Assembly (NCBI GenBank): GCA_021851715.1
Contig: JAJZCR010000003.1
Coordinates: forward strand, 6,667 to 70,666
Length of the DNA: 64,000 bases
Reading direction: 5' to 3'
DNA from: Planctomycetota bacterium
Lineage (GTDB): Bacteria; Planctomycetota; Phycisphaerae; WQYP01
This document shows positions 42,710-52,236 of this stretch, in pieces (within the stretch, counting starts at the first letter, position 1; every line of letters begins with the position of its first letter). The notes under the pieces are model-generated. The model was given only the letters and a program-made list of their open reading frames with translations. It was not told where the DNA came from and made no database searches. A program made the translations under genes and the position numbers.

Positions 42710-43591
42710 CTATACGCTGCGCAGATATTCCCGGGAACAGATCAGGCCGCGTTTTTCACCTTCTTCAGTGCCATTGAAATGTTCATCTTCGAGTTCCACG
42801 CTGACCATGCCCTGATAGTGAGCGGCCTTGAGCAGGGAAAAAATACGCCCCCAATGGGCGCAGCCGTGGCCCGGAATGGTGTAGCGCCAGTGATGGCCAC
42901 CCCAGCCATGGCCTTTGGCGAACGTGGCGGGCTGCAGGTTGCCGTGCTCATAAAGCTCATCCTCCAGTAATTCCGTATCTTTGCCATGAACGTGGTAGAC
43001 ACGCGGGGCAAATTCGGCCAGAAATCGCACATGGTCGATTCCGACGCGGATTAAATGCGATGGATCGTAATTGATGCCGACATTGCCGGGTAGATCTTTG
43101 AGAAATGCGCGATAGTCGGCGGTGGTGCAGGACAGGCTCGAATAATGAGGTGCTCCACCGGGCCAGCCTTCAATGGCCAGTCGGGCACCCGTGGAACTTA
43201 TGGCTTGGGCAAGCTGGCCGTAGCCGTCGATGGCCAAGCGGAAATTTTCCGCGCGTGGGCGGGCATGATCTTCCGGAATAACCACAATAAAAAAGTTTTT
43301 CACGCCAAGGGCGGCACAATGCTTGACGATTTCAGTATTCCGGGCGGCACCTTCTTTGCGTTTGCCGGCATCGTGGGAGGCCAGCATGGCCCAGTCTTTC
43401 AAATCCACAGTACCGATGGTCAAACCGGCATCCTTGATTTTTCGCAGTTCGTTGACAGGTTCAGGACCGGTGTCGAGGCCGGCAAAATGATGGTCTTTGG
43501 CAAACTTGGCCAGCGTCTCCAGATCGCGCTGCCAGGGGCTGCCGCCGCGCCTGAATCCAATGGGGAACTCGCCTGTGTGGGTATGGGACAT
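42710..43591 (-). CDS. Sugar phosphate isomerase/epimerase (xylose-isomerase-like TIM barrel)
   Basis: LAIEGWP, INYDPSHL, HVHGKD, SVELED metal motifs. GGAGG Shine-Dalgarno before ATG 43591. Confidence 0.88.
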   Translation of the reverse strand: MSHTHTGEFPIGFRRGGSPWQRDLETLAKFAKDHHFAGLDTGPEPVNELRKIKDAGLTIGTVDLKDWAMLASHDAGKRKEGAARNTEIVKHCAALGVKNFFIVVIPEDHARPRAENFRLAIDGYGQLAQAISSTGARLAIEGWPGGAPHYSSLSCTTADYRAFLKDLPGNVGINYDPSHLIRVGIDHVRFLAEFAPRVYHVHGKDTELLEDELYEHGNLQPATFAKGHGWGGHHWRYTIPGHGCAHWGRIFSLLKAAHYQGMVSVELEDEHFNGTEEGEKRGLICSREYLRSV

Positions 43592-43805
43592 GGGTTGAAA
43601 CCTCCGATCTTTAGAGTACATTCACCAACTGCAGCGCATGGTACAGCGGGAACGGAATTCCATCAATCCCTGGTGGCAAGCTTACTTTCCTCCGGCAAGG
43701 TTGCTACACTTTTGGGGAGAGGATAAAGGCGGAAGTGCCGGTTATGATCGGCGCATGCAGTTGTGAACTTTGAAATAAGGTCAGGCATTTATAGAAAGGT
43801 GAATC

Positions 43806-44915
43806 ATGGCTGGCGCAAACATCAACCTTCATACCAAGGCTCTGCAGGATATTGGACAAAGCCTGTGGCTGGATAACATCACCCGGAAATTGCTGTCCAG
43901 CGGAACGCTGCAGCGGTATATCCAGGACCTTGCCGTTACCGGGCTGACCTCGAACCCCACTATTTTTGATCATGCCATCAGTAAAAGTAATTTTTACGAT
44001 GACGCCATCCATCACCTGCGGAAAACCGGCAACCGTTCGACGGAAGACATTTTTTTTCAACTGGCGATTGATGATCTGCAACGGGCCGCCGATTTATTTC
44101 GCCCCGTTTACGACCGGACCGGCGGCGTGGATGGTTTTGTGTCCTTGGAGGTCTCGCCGTTGCTCGCTTACGATACGGCCCGGACACTCGCCGCCGCTAA
44201 AAATCTTTGGGCCCGTGCGGCCCGGCCGAATTTGTTGATTAAGATTCCAGGCACGGCCGCGGGCCTTCCGGCGATCGAGGAGGCGATTTTTCATGGTATA
44301 CCGGTAAATGTGACGCTGTTGTTTTCGGCCCGGCAGTATGTGGCCGCCGCGGAGGCGTACACGCGCGGCATTGAGCGGCGCATTGCGGCGGGCCTTCCTG
44401 CCCGGGTAGGCAGCGTGGCCAGCGTGTTTGTCAGTCGATGGGATAAGGCGGTCGTGGGTAAAGTGCCCGAAGTTCTGCGTAACAGGCTGGGCCTTGCCGT
44501 GGCAGGTTATACGTATAAGGCGTACCGGGAATCGATGGGATCCGGCCGATGGAAAAAGCTTATTGCCGCCGGGGCTATGCCCCAGCGGCTTTTGTGGGCC
44601 AGCACCGGCACCAAGGATCCCCAGGCCCAGGATACGTTTTACATCAGCGCTTTGGCCGCACCGGACACCATCAACACCATGCCGGAGGAAACATTGCTGG
44701 CGTTTGCGGACCATGGCACGGTCGGTCAGACGATGACCCCGGATGTGGGCCGGTCGGAACAGGTCGTGAAAGAATGTGCCGGAGCGGGCATTCAGGTGGA
44801 TACATTGGCGGAACAGTTGCAGCAGGAAGGCGCCGCATCGTTTGTAAAATCGTGGAATGAACTGATGGAGGCGGTGAAAACCAAGGGGGCAAGCCTGGCG
44901 GCCGCCCGCGATTGA
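43806..44915 (+). CDS. tal: Transaldolase
   Basis: WLDNITR, GLTSNPTIF, VSLEVSP, Schiff-base IKIPGT, NVTLLFS, RLLWASTGTK. Confidence 0.95.
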   Translation: MAGANINLHTKALQDIGQSLWLDNITRKLLSSGTLQRYIQDLAVTGLTSNPTIFDHAISKSNFYDDAIHHLRKTGNRSTEDIFFQLAIDDLQRAADLFRPVYDRTGGVDGFVSLEVSPLLAYDTARTLAAAKNLWARAARPNLLIKIPGTAAGLPAIEEAIFHGIPVNVTLLFSARQYVAAAEAYTRGIERRIAAGLPARVGSVASVFVSRWDKAVVGKVPEVLRNRLGLAVAGYTYKAYRESMGSGRWKKLIAAGAMPQRLLWASTGTKDPQAQDTFYISALAAPDTINTMPEETLLAFADHGTVGQTMTPDVGRSEQVVKECAGAGIQVDTLAEQLQQEGAASFVKSWNELMEAVKTKGASLAAARD

Positions 44916-45001
44916 AGGCCGCGTGCCGGGCGTAACCGGAATTGATGCCTGGCCGCGGGCGCGGCCGAACAGGCAATGTCTTATTTCAATGGAGTTGTTT
45001 C

Positions 45002-46669
45002 ATGGTGGTAAACGAAAGTATCAAAACTGCAGTGGCCGGCGAAAAGAACATGTCGCTTCAGCGGCACCCAGCCTGGCAGGCCCTGGCCCGCCACTACGAA
45101 ACGCTGCGCACCCGGGAATTGCGGGACTTGTTCGCCGGCGACTCGGGACGGGCGGAACGCTTCCAGGTGGAAGCGGCGGGCTTGTTTCTTGATTATTCCA
45201 AGCATCGCATGACCGACGAAACCATGGCCCTGTTGTTCGATTTGGCCCGGCAAACCGGGGTGGAAGCGCGGCGCGATGCGATGTTCGCGGGGGACAAGAT
45301 CAACCTCACGGAAAACCGCAGCGTGTTACACGTGGCGCTTCGGGCCTCGCGGACCGACACGTATAAGGTGGATGGAAAAAATGTGGTGCCCGAAGTACAC
45401 CAGGTGCTGGACCGGATGGCCGCATTTGCAAATCACATACGCTCCGGCGGGTGGAAGGGCTATACCGGTGAGCCGATCCGCAATGTCATTAACATCGGCA
45501 TCGGGGGTTCGGATTTAGGCCCGGTCATGGCATTCGAGGCGTTGCGGCACTATTCCCGCCGGGATATGACCTTTCGGTTTGTTTCCAACATTGACGGTAC
45601 CGATTTTACCGAGGCCGTGGACGGTTTGGTGCCGGCGCAGACGCTGTTTATTGTGTCCTCGAAAACATTCACCACGCTGGAAACCATGACCAATGCCCAC
45701 AGCGCACGCGACTGGCTGCTGCGGGCGGCCAGGGATCCGGCACATACGGCGCGTCATTTTGTGGCGGTTTCGACCAATGCCCAGGCGGTGCGGGAATTCG
45801 GCATTGACCCGGCCAACATGTTTGAATTTTGGGATTGGGTGGGGGGGCGGTATTCAATGGATTCCGCCATCGGGCTGTCCACCATGTTGGCGGTGGGGCC
45901 GGAGAATTTTACCCGTTTATTGGCCGGTTTCCGGGCCATGGATCATCATTTTCGCACCGCACCCATGGAAAAAAATATGCCTGTGATCATGGGGTTGCTG
46001 GCGGTATGGTACAATAATTTTTTCGGAAGTCAGACGGTGGCCGTACTGCCGTACGATCAATACCTCAAGCGATTTCCAGCGTATTTGCAGCAATTGACCA
46101 TGGAATCCAACGGGAAAAGCATCACCCTGAATGCCCAGCGTGTGGATTATCAAACCGGGCCGATCTACTGGGGCGAACCCGGTACCAATGGGCAACATTC
46201 TTTTTATCAGTTGATCCATCAGGGCACGAAACTCATTCCGTGTGACTTCATCGGTTTTTGCCGGTCGCTCAATCCGCTGGGCAAGCATCATGACCTGCTC
46301 ATGGCCAATGTTTTTGCGCAGGCGGAAGCGCTGGCATTCGGCAAAACGGCGGCGGAAGTCAAAGCCGAAGGCACGCCGGATTGGCTGGTTCCGCATCGCA
46401 CATTTGAAGGCAACAGGCCATCCAATGTTATTTTGGCTGAGACGCTCACACCCGAAGTGCTTGGATCGCTGGTGGCGCTGTATGAACACTCAGTGTTCAC
46501 GCAGGGGGCCATTTTCTCGATTGATTCGTTTGATCAATGGGGAGTGGAATTGGGCAAAGTGCTGGCGAAACGCATTGGGGACGAACTCTTCGCCCTGACC
46601 GATTCCGGACTGACCCATGATGCTTCTACCAATGCCTTGATCCGCCGCTATAGACGGGCCAGGGCGTAA
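45002..46669 (+). CDS. pgi: Glucose-6-phosphate isomerase
   Basis: [63 protein letters not shown]. Confidence 0.96.
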   Translation: MVVNESIKTAVAGEKNMSLQRHPAWQALARHYETLRTRELRDLFAGDSGRAERFQVEAAGLFLDYSKHRMTDETMALLFDLARQTGVEARRDAMFAGDKINLTENRSVLHVALRASRTDTYKVDGKNVVPEVHQVLDRMAAFANHIRSGGWKGYTGEPIRNVINIGIGGSDLGPVMAFEALRHYSRRDMTFRFVSNIDGTDFTEAVDGLVPAQTLFIVSSKTFTTLETMTNAHSARDWLLRAARDPAHTARHFVAVSTNAQAVREFGIDPANMFEFWDWVGGRYSMDSAIGLSTMLAVGPENFTRLLAGFRAMDHHFRTAPMEKNMPVIMGLLAVWYNNFFGSQTVAVLPYDQYLKRFPAYLQQLTMESNGKSITLNAQRVDYQTGPIYWGEPGTNGQHSFYQLIHQGTKLIPCDFIGFCRSLNPLGKHHDLLMANVFAQAEALAFGKTAAEVKAEGTPDWLVPHRTFEGNRPSNVILAETLTPEVLGSLVALYEHSVFTQGAIFSIDSFDQWGVELGKVLAKRIGDELFALTDSGLTHDASTNALIRRYRRARA

Positions 46670-46965
46670 GGCCAAGTGACCAAGCCGGTTGCGTTGTTGA
46701 TGGCTGGAATTCACTTTCATACATCTCTGTAGCTGATTTCCATGTCAAGTAACGCTGGGGTAAGAATCTGGGGAAAAGGGGAAATTCCGGTACGAAAGCC
46801 GCTCATTTTCTTATGACGCAGGCCCGCTGTGGGCAACGCCTTTGTCCGATCGTGATGAAAGCCATGCCTTGGCTGGTTTTGCGCGCAATGCAACCGGTTC
46901 GGCTCGGTGGGTGCAGAATTACCAAAATAATGTATCTTATTACCTCGTAGTTACGGAGTAGGTGA

Positions 46966-48198
46966 ATGGACCAAAAAACTATTGCCATCGTTGGTGCCGG
47001 TGCACGTGGTGTGGGATTTGGTGATATTTGTGCCGCAGTGCCGCATCTGGCCAGAGTGGTGGCGGTGGCCGAGCCGCGGGATGATTACCGGAAGACATTT
47101 TCCGCAACGCACCAGATTTCGCCGGATCGTCAATTCAGGGGTTGGCAGGATTTTACCGCCCAACCGCGAATGTGCGATGCGGTCATCATTGCCACCATGG
47201 ATCAGGACCATGTTGGCCCGGCGGTAGCGTGTCTGGAAAAGGGCTACGATGTGCTGCTGGAAAAGCCCATGGCTACAACACTGGCGGATTGTCAGGCGAT
47301 TGAGGCCGCGCAGCGCCGTAGCGGCTGCATTATGGGGGTGTGCCATTCGCTGCGCTATCACAAAAGCTTTCGTATGGTTAAGGATCTGGTGGCGGGTGGT
47401 GCCATCGGTCGGATTGTAACGGTGGAACTCATCGAGCAGGTGGCGTTCTGGCACCAGGCCCACAGCTTTGTGCGGGGCAATTGGGGAAACCAGGCTCGCA
47501 GCACGTTTATGCTTTTGGCCAAGAGTTGCCATGACGTGGATTATCTTTGTTATCTGATTCCGGATCCGTGTCGGCGGGTTAGTTCTTTTGGATCATTAAG
47601 TTATTTTCGCCCGGAAAACGCGCCTGCCGGCAGCACCAGCCGATGTACGGATCCGTGCCCGGTTGAACCGACATGTGCTTATTCGGCGATCAAGCAATAC
47701 GTGAATGTAGCCAATCCACAGGCGTGGCCTGCCAGTGCGGTGAGTCTGGATGCCAGTCGGTCGGCGCGTTTGCAGGCCCTTAAAACCGGTCCTTATGGGC
47801 GCTGCGTCTGGAAGTGCGATAACGACGTGGTGGACCATCAGGTGGTGAATTTTGAATATGCCGGTGGCATTACCGCTGTGTTTACCATGACGGCGTTTAC
47901 CAGGGCCGGCGGCCGCAGGTTGACCGTCCATGGCACACAAGGCGAATTAACGTTTGATGAAAGCAGCATCCGCATACAGAACTTCACGGATGGAAGCTCC
48001 AGGATAATTGAGCCGGGGGCGGAAACGGGCGGGCATGGCGGAGGCGACTATCGACTGACGTGTGAATGGCTTAGGGCATTGCACAGCCGGGATGACTCGG
48101 CGGTGGTGGCGAATGCTCAGGAATCGCTGCGGACGCATCGCGTGGTGTTTGCGGCGGAACAGTCACGTTTGGAAGGCCGCGTTATCGCGTTGGATTGA
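46966..48198 (+). CDS. Gfo/Idh/MocA-family oxidoreductase
   Basis: IVGAGARG, LLEKPMA, HSFVRGNW, AKSCHDVD, GHGGGD. Confidence 0.92.
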   Translation: MDQKTIAIVGAGARGVGFGDICAAVPHLARVVAVAEPRDDYRKTFSATHQISPDRQFRGWQDFTAQPRMCDAVIIATMDQDHVGPAVACLEKGYDVLLEKPMATTLADCQAIEAAQRRSGCIMGVCHSLRYHKSFRMVKDLVAGGAIGRIVTVELIEQVAFWHQAHSFVRGNWGNQARSTFMLLAKSCHDVDYLCYLIPDPCRRVSSFGSLSYFRPENAPAGSTSRCTDPCPVEPTCAYSAIKQYVNVANPQAWPASAVSLDASRSARLQALKTGPYGRCVWKCDNDVVDHQVVNFEYAGGITAVFTMTAFTRAGGRRLTVHGTQGELTFDESSIRIQNFTDGSSRIIEPGAETGGHGGGDYRLTCEWLRALHSRDDSAVVANAQESLRTHRVVFAAEQSRLEGRVIALD

Positions 48199-48271
48199 GG
48201 CATGCGGGGAGAATTGTCACGCGGAAAATCCCCGCGGATTGAAAGGGCAGAAGGGAAGATGTCATGAATAA

Positions 48272-48522
48272 GCCGGCCTGGCGGGCATCGAGTATACTGC
48301 CAGCCGCGAAATCTGGGCAGCGCCGTTGTACAACGTAGCCGGGAATAACCCCTTCTTTTTGTGCTGAATCATTATCCTGAGGCGGCGCTATTCCGGGTCA
48401 AACTTGCCGGCGCGTATACGGTTCTGCGCCACTTGGAAACAGCTCAGGCCATTCTATTGCTGGATGGAATTGCGAATCTGGATATCAATCGGAAATCTGC
48501 AGAAATTTATGAAGTGTGCTGA
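48272..48522 (+). pseudogene. Possible frameshifted C-terminal gene fragment
   Basis: AGLAGIEYTASREIWAAPLYNVAGNN, then a one-base shift to PLLFVLNHYPEAALFRVKLAG...INRKSAEIYEVC-stop. Protein-like and reminiscent of GH42 C-terminal domains (inference). Confidence 0.3.
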
Positions 48523-48710
48523 TGACATGATGGCGGTAAAATTAAACGACAGCGCGGTTGGTTTCGCTTAAGGGGTGGGAAGCTTGGCATCAGAAGTTGG
48601 ATTGTCATGGTGGAGACCCGGTACAGCTGGATTGTGGGATAGAGCGGTGCAGGGTATGGTTAATGCTCCAGCGACCTGAATTGTCAGTTTAATCAAAAGG
48701 AATGGTGTTC

Positions 48711-50108
48711 ATGAAAGTGGCTTTTGTTGGAGGTGGAGCTTTCCGCCTGGTGGGTATTCTGCGCGAGGCGTTAAGTTTCCCGGAACTTTTTGCGGATGGG
48801 GAAATACGGCTCTTTGATTTAAATGCTCCGCGGGCTCAGGCGGTGGCGCGGATGGTGGCCAAAACGCCGGAATTTGCCGCGGTTAAGTGTCGCATCACCT
48901 GTCCGACCAGGCTGGAGGATGCACTGGAAGGTGTGGACATGGTAGGGGTAATTCTGATGGGTGGGTCGTACCGCACGCATCGGTTGGCAGATAAGATCAG
49001 TAATGAGCATGGGTTTTTATCCTCTGATAATGTTTCGCCCAACGGTGCGATGCTGGGGCTGAAGACCGGGGCCACGTTGCTCCATATTGCACGCAAGATG
49101 GAGCGGCATTGTTCCAAGGCGTGGCTGGTGGATTTCGCCAATCCGATTGCCGTGCTTAGCGGCATGATCAACAACCACACAAAAATTCAAGCCTTTGGAA
49201 TATGTGAAGGTTTCACCAACCATGAATGGGATTTGACCCGCATCTTTGGCAAGGATGAGCAAGGTGATGGCTGTGCGGTGGAAACGGCCGGGATTAACCA
49301 CTTGAGCTTTATCTTAAGGGGGACGTACCAGGGGAGAGAGTTATTCGCAGCCTTGAACAGGAGGCTTAAGTCCGGATGGAAAATGTGCCGCATGGATTCC
49401 TATCGGGGCCGGGCGGTGAATCAGCGCATCGCCAGCGGCGTGGTGGAGCTGGTGCGGTTTTACAGGGAATTGGGCGTGCTGATTTTTTCCACCGAGGGAG
49501 ATGGGATGGAACACATGAATTATGAACAATGCATGGCGCGCAAGAATTATGATGTTGCCGCTCCCGGTCCGGCGCAGATAAGCGTGGAGCTTAAAAAATT
49601 CACCGAGGCAAGGGCCGCGGCCCAACAGCAGTTTGCGACACTGCTGGATAAAAAACTGCATGTGAAATTCTGGGATAGCGCTGGGAAAACGTCTGGTGTT
49701 GAGTGGGCCGCCAAAAGCAAACGCAGCGCCTTTGTTGAAATGATGCGTGGCCGTGCGGGTCAAACGGTTCCTATTGTCACAAGCACTTTGAACCTGGGGG
49801 CGGTGGCGGGTTTCACGGATCGGACGGTTTTGGAATATTCGCAGATCATTGAAAAGGGGAAGGTGCGCCCGGCCGGCCATTATCAGGTGCCCGCGATCAT
49901 GCACGGCATGCTGGCGGGTATCGCCAATCATCAGACGATGTTAGGTGATGCCATGGCCACGGAAGACCCGAAACTGCTGGCGCAGGCTTTATTGGCTTAT
50001 CCGATCAGGCAGTTTTCGCCAGCCGCAAGAAGTTTGTTTAAGCAACTGCTTCGACTGAACCGGGATGAAATACAACCCCAATTACGTCGGGCTGTGGATT
50101 ATCTGTAA
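48711..50108 (+). CDS. Family 4 glycoside hydrolase (divergent)
   Basis: Rossmann start KVAFVGGG, DFANP, conserved Cys in GICEG, GINHL, GGK/LDH-like fold layout. Confidence 0.8.
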   Translation: MKVAFVGGGAFRLVGILREALSFPELFADGEIRLFDLNAPRAQAVARMVAKTPEFAAVKCRITCPTRLEDALEGVDMVGVILMGGSYRTHRLADKISNEHGFLSSDNVSPNGAMLGLKTGATLLHIARKMERHCSKAWLVDFANPIAVLSGMINNHTKIQAFGICEGFTNHEWDLTRIFGKDEQGDGCAVETAGINHLSFILRGTYQGRELFAALNRRLKSGWKMCRMDSYRGRAVNQRIASGVVELVRFYRELGVLIFSTEGDGMEHMNYEQCMARKNYDVAAPGPAQISVELKKFTEARAAAQQQFATLLDKKLHVKFWDSAGKTSGVEWAAKSKRSAFVEMMRGRAGQTVPIVTSTLNLGAVAGFTDRTVLEYSQIIEKGKVRPAGHYQVPAIMHGMLAGIANHQTMLGDAMATEDPKLLAQALLAYPIRQFSPAARSLFKQLLRLNRDEIQPQLRRAVDYL

Positions 50109-50180
50109 AAAGGGACAAATTCGGCCGGCACCTGGGCGTGCCGAAGCCGGTGTGTCGCAGAAGCTTATCGGAGTAAAACG

Positions 50181-50942
50181 ATGAAGAATGAAAACTCAGG
50201 CCGAGCTTACCTTCAAAACGTTACGGAAAAACTGGCCAGTGTGGAAGCTCATCAGGCCGCAGCGCTGCGGCAGGCGGGTGTGATGATTGCCGACACCTAC
50301 CAGAAAGATCGGTTGTTGCACGTTTATGCAGGTGGCGGGCACACGGTGATGATGGTGTGCGAGATGTTTTTCAGGGCGGGCGGGTTGGCGAATGTAAACC
50401 CGATTTTCGGCCACGATATTTCGCCGCTGTGTCAGGCCCTGAAGTATCTGGAAATTGAGCGCAGTACCGGTTATGGGGCATGTCTCATACGCTATTACAA
50501 TCTGGCTAAAGATGATCTGCTCATTATCTTTCATAATATCGGTTACAACCCGGCTACTATTGATGCGGCGGCAGAGGCTAAGCAGCGCGGCGTTAAAATT
50601 ATTGCAGTTTCATCGCGGCACTGGCGGGACAACCTGCCTCGTGATCATCACATTCGCCACCCGAATAAAAAGCACCTCTTTGAGTACGCGGATTTGTGCA
50701 TTGATGATGAAAATCCCTTTGGCGATGCGGATTTCAAGCTGCCGGGTTTCGACACGCCTATGGCCCCCACCTCCACGATGATTGATGCCTACCTTGCCCA
50801 TCGTATGGTTATGGAGGCTGTGGCGGAAATGCTGCGGCGTGGCTTGGAACCACCGATTTTCCGCAGCGCTAATCTTCCTGGTGGCGACCAATACAATGCC
50901 GCTCTGCTGGAGCGATACCGCAATCGGGTCAAGGATTTATAA
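50181..50942 (+). CDS. SIS-domain sugar isomerase-like protein
   Basis: GGGHTVMMVCEMFFRAGGL, NIGYNPATIDAAAEAK, PTSTM, PPIFRSAN.PGGD. Confidence 0.85.
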   Translation: MKNENSGRAYLQNVTEKLASVEAHQAAALRQAGVMIADTYQKDRLLHVYAGGGHTVMMVCEMFFRAGGLANVNPIFGHDISPLCQALKYLEIERSTGYGACLIRYYNLAKDDLLIIFHNIGYNPATIDAAAEAKQRGVKIIAVSSRHWRDNLPRDHHIRHPNKKHLFEYADLCIDDENPFGDADFKLPGFDTPMAPTSTMIDAYLAHRMVMEAVAEMLRRGLEPPIFRSANLPGGDQYNAALLERYRNRVKDL

Positions 50943-50997
50943 CTACGGTGGGTGCTGGTGCCTTGCGAATTACGTTAGGTCATAAGCAGGAGTTCAA

Positions 50998-52227
50998 ATG
51001 ATAAGTAAATTAAAAGCAGATGGGATGGCCGCTGGCACGCTGTATCTGCACCAGGCTCGGGAGCGATTGGAGCGCTTGAAAATATCCATCGATCAGATGG
51101 TGGACATGGGCCGGAAAATGGCCAGACCGCTATTGGCCGGAGGGGCATTATTTACGCCGCCAACAACCTCCTGGTTTGGCAACGAATACGGCGGTCGTGC
51201 GGGCGGCTTCATGGGCCTGCATGATGCCAATGATGTTCCCCAAAGCGATAAAGATGTGGCGTTTTTGGCTTTGCCGGATCCGCGCTGCACGACCACTGCA
51301 ACCAGGAAGTTACTGGAAAAACTCGCCGCTTCGTCGGCCCAATTGTTTGTGGTGGGCACGCCGGCGGAACTTCCAAAGCAGTTGCATACGAGAATCGCGG
51401 GTTTTACCGGTGGTGATTCGGTTACACAGGGAGAGTACCGCTTTGGGGAGTTTAGTCCGTTGGTGGGATTTCGGGCATTTGAACAGTTTGTGCGGATGTG
51501 GATGACCACCGGCGAACTTATAACGGAGTGTATTCGTGCCGGCAAAATGCCGGTAATCTGGATGAGCGTGTGGTTGGAGGGTGCTTTTGTCCGTAATGCG
51601 AGTTTTATGAACCATAGCAATACCCGCGAGCCATGGTCCTATCCGATGTTTCATGAGAATCGCTATATTCCGCCGCTGGAGCCTGGCTACGCGAGCCAGG
51701 CGTTTTTGACGGCGCTGACAGCGGTTCATGAGCGTTTGGAATCGCAACTGCCTTTGCTTGGGCAGGCGGGTGCGTGGATGGCCGCAGCGCACCGCAGCGG
51801 CCATAAAGTTCACGCCATGGCGGTGGGCCATGCTTATCCGAACATACTCGAGATCTCCAACCCGGAGCAATATCCTGTGCGATGGTGGCCGCCGATGAGC
51901 GATCTTAATCGTGCGGTGCCAATGAAAATCGGCCAGGATGAAGTGGTACTCCATCTTGGCTATGCGCCGGTGGATATCGTCGACGTCCAGCGTATTGTAG
52001 ATCGTGGGGTCAAGTTCATTTATACCAGCCCTTATGGCCGTCCGGCGGCGCTCAAAGATCATCCCAATCTGCTGTGGTTTGATTTACCGTGGCGGCCCAC
52101 GGATGCTACTGTGGATGTACCCGGTTATTCGGTGCGCATTTTGCCGATGAGTTCCAGTGCACAGGCCCTGGCCTATAACGCCATGATGGCGGAATTTGCC
52201 CAGGCCATGCAGTGGTCGCGCCAGTAA
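50998..52227 (+). CDS. Hypothetical protein with two degenerate SIS-like halves
   Basis: First half has GGALF...EYGGRAGG. Second half has AGAWMAAAHRSGHKVHAMAVGH. Both echo the neighbouring SIS protein. Confidence 0.6.
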   Translation: MISKLKADGMAAGTLYLHQARERLERLKISIDQMVDMGRKMARPLLAGGALFTPPTTSWFGNEYGGRAGGFMGLHDANDVPQSDKDVAFLALPDPRCTTTATRKLLEKLAASSAQLFVVGTPAELPKQLHTRIAGFTGGDSVTQGEYRFGEFSPLVGFRAFEQFVRMWMTTGELITECIRAGKMPVIWMSVWLEGAFVRNASFMNHSNTREPWSYPMFHENRYIPPLEPGYASQAFLTALTAVHERLESQLPLLGQAGAWMAAAHRSGHKVHAMAVGHAYPNILEISNPEQYPVRWWPPMSDLNRAVPMKIGQDEVVLHLGYAPVDIVDVQRIVDRGVKFIYTSPYGRPAALKDHPNLLWFDLPWRPTDATVDVPGYSVRILPMSSSAQALAYNAMMAEFAQAMQWSRQ

Positions 52228-52236
52228 AGATCGGCA

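Noticed and set aside
43806-46669. Tal-Pgi fusion protein
   Set aside because: tal ends with TGA at 44915 and pgi has its own Shine-Dalgarno and ATG at 45002.
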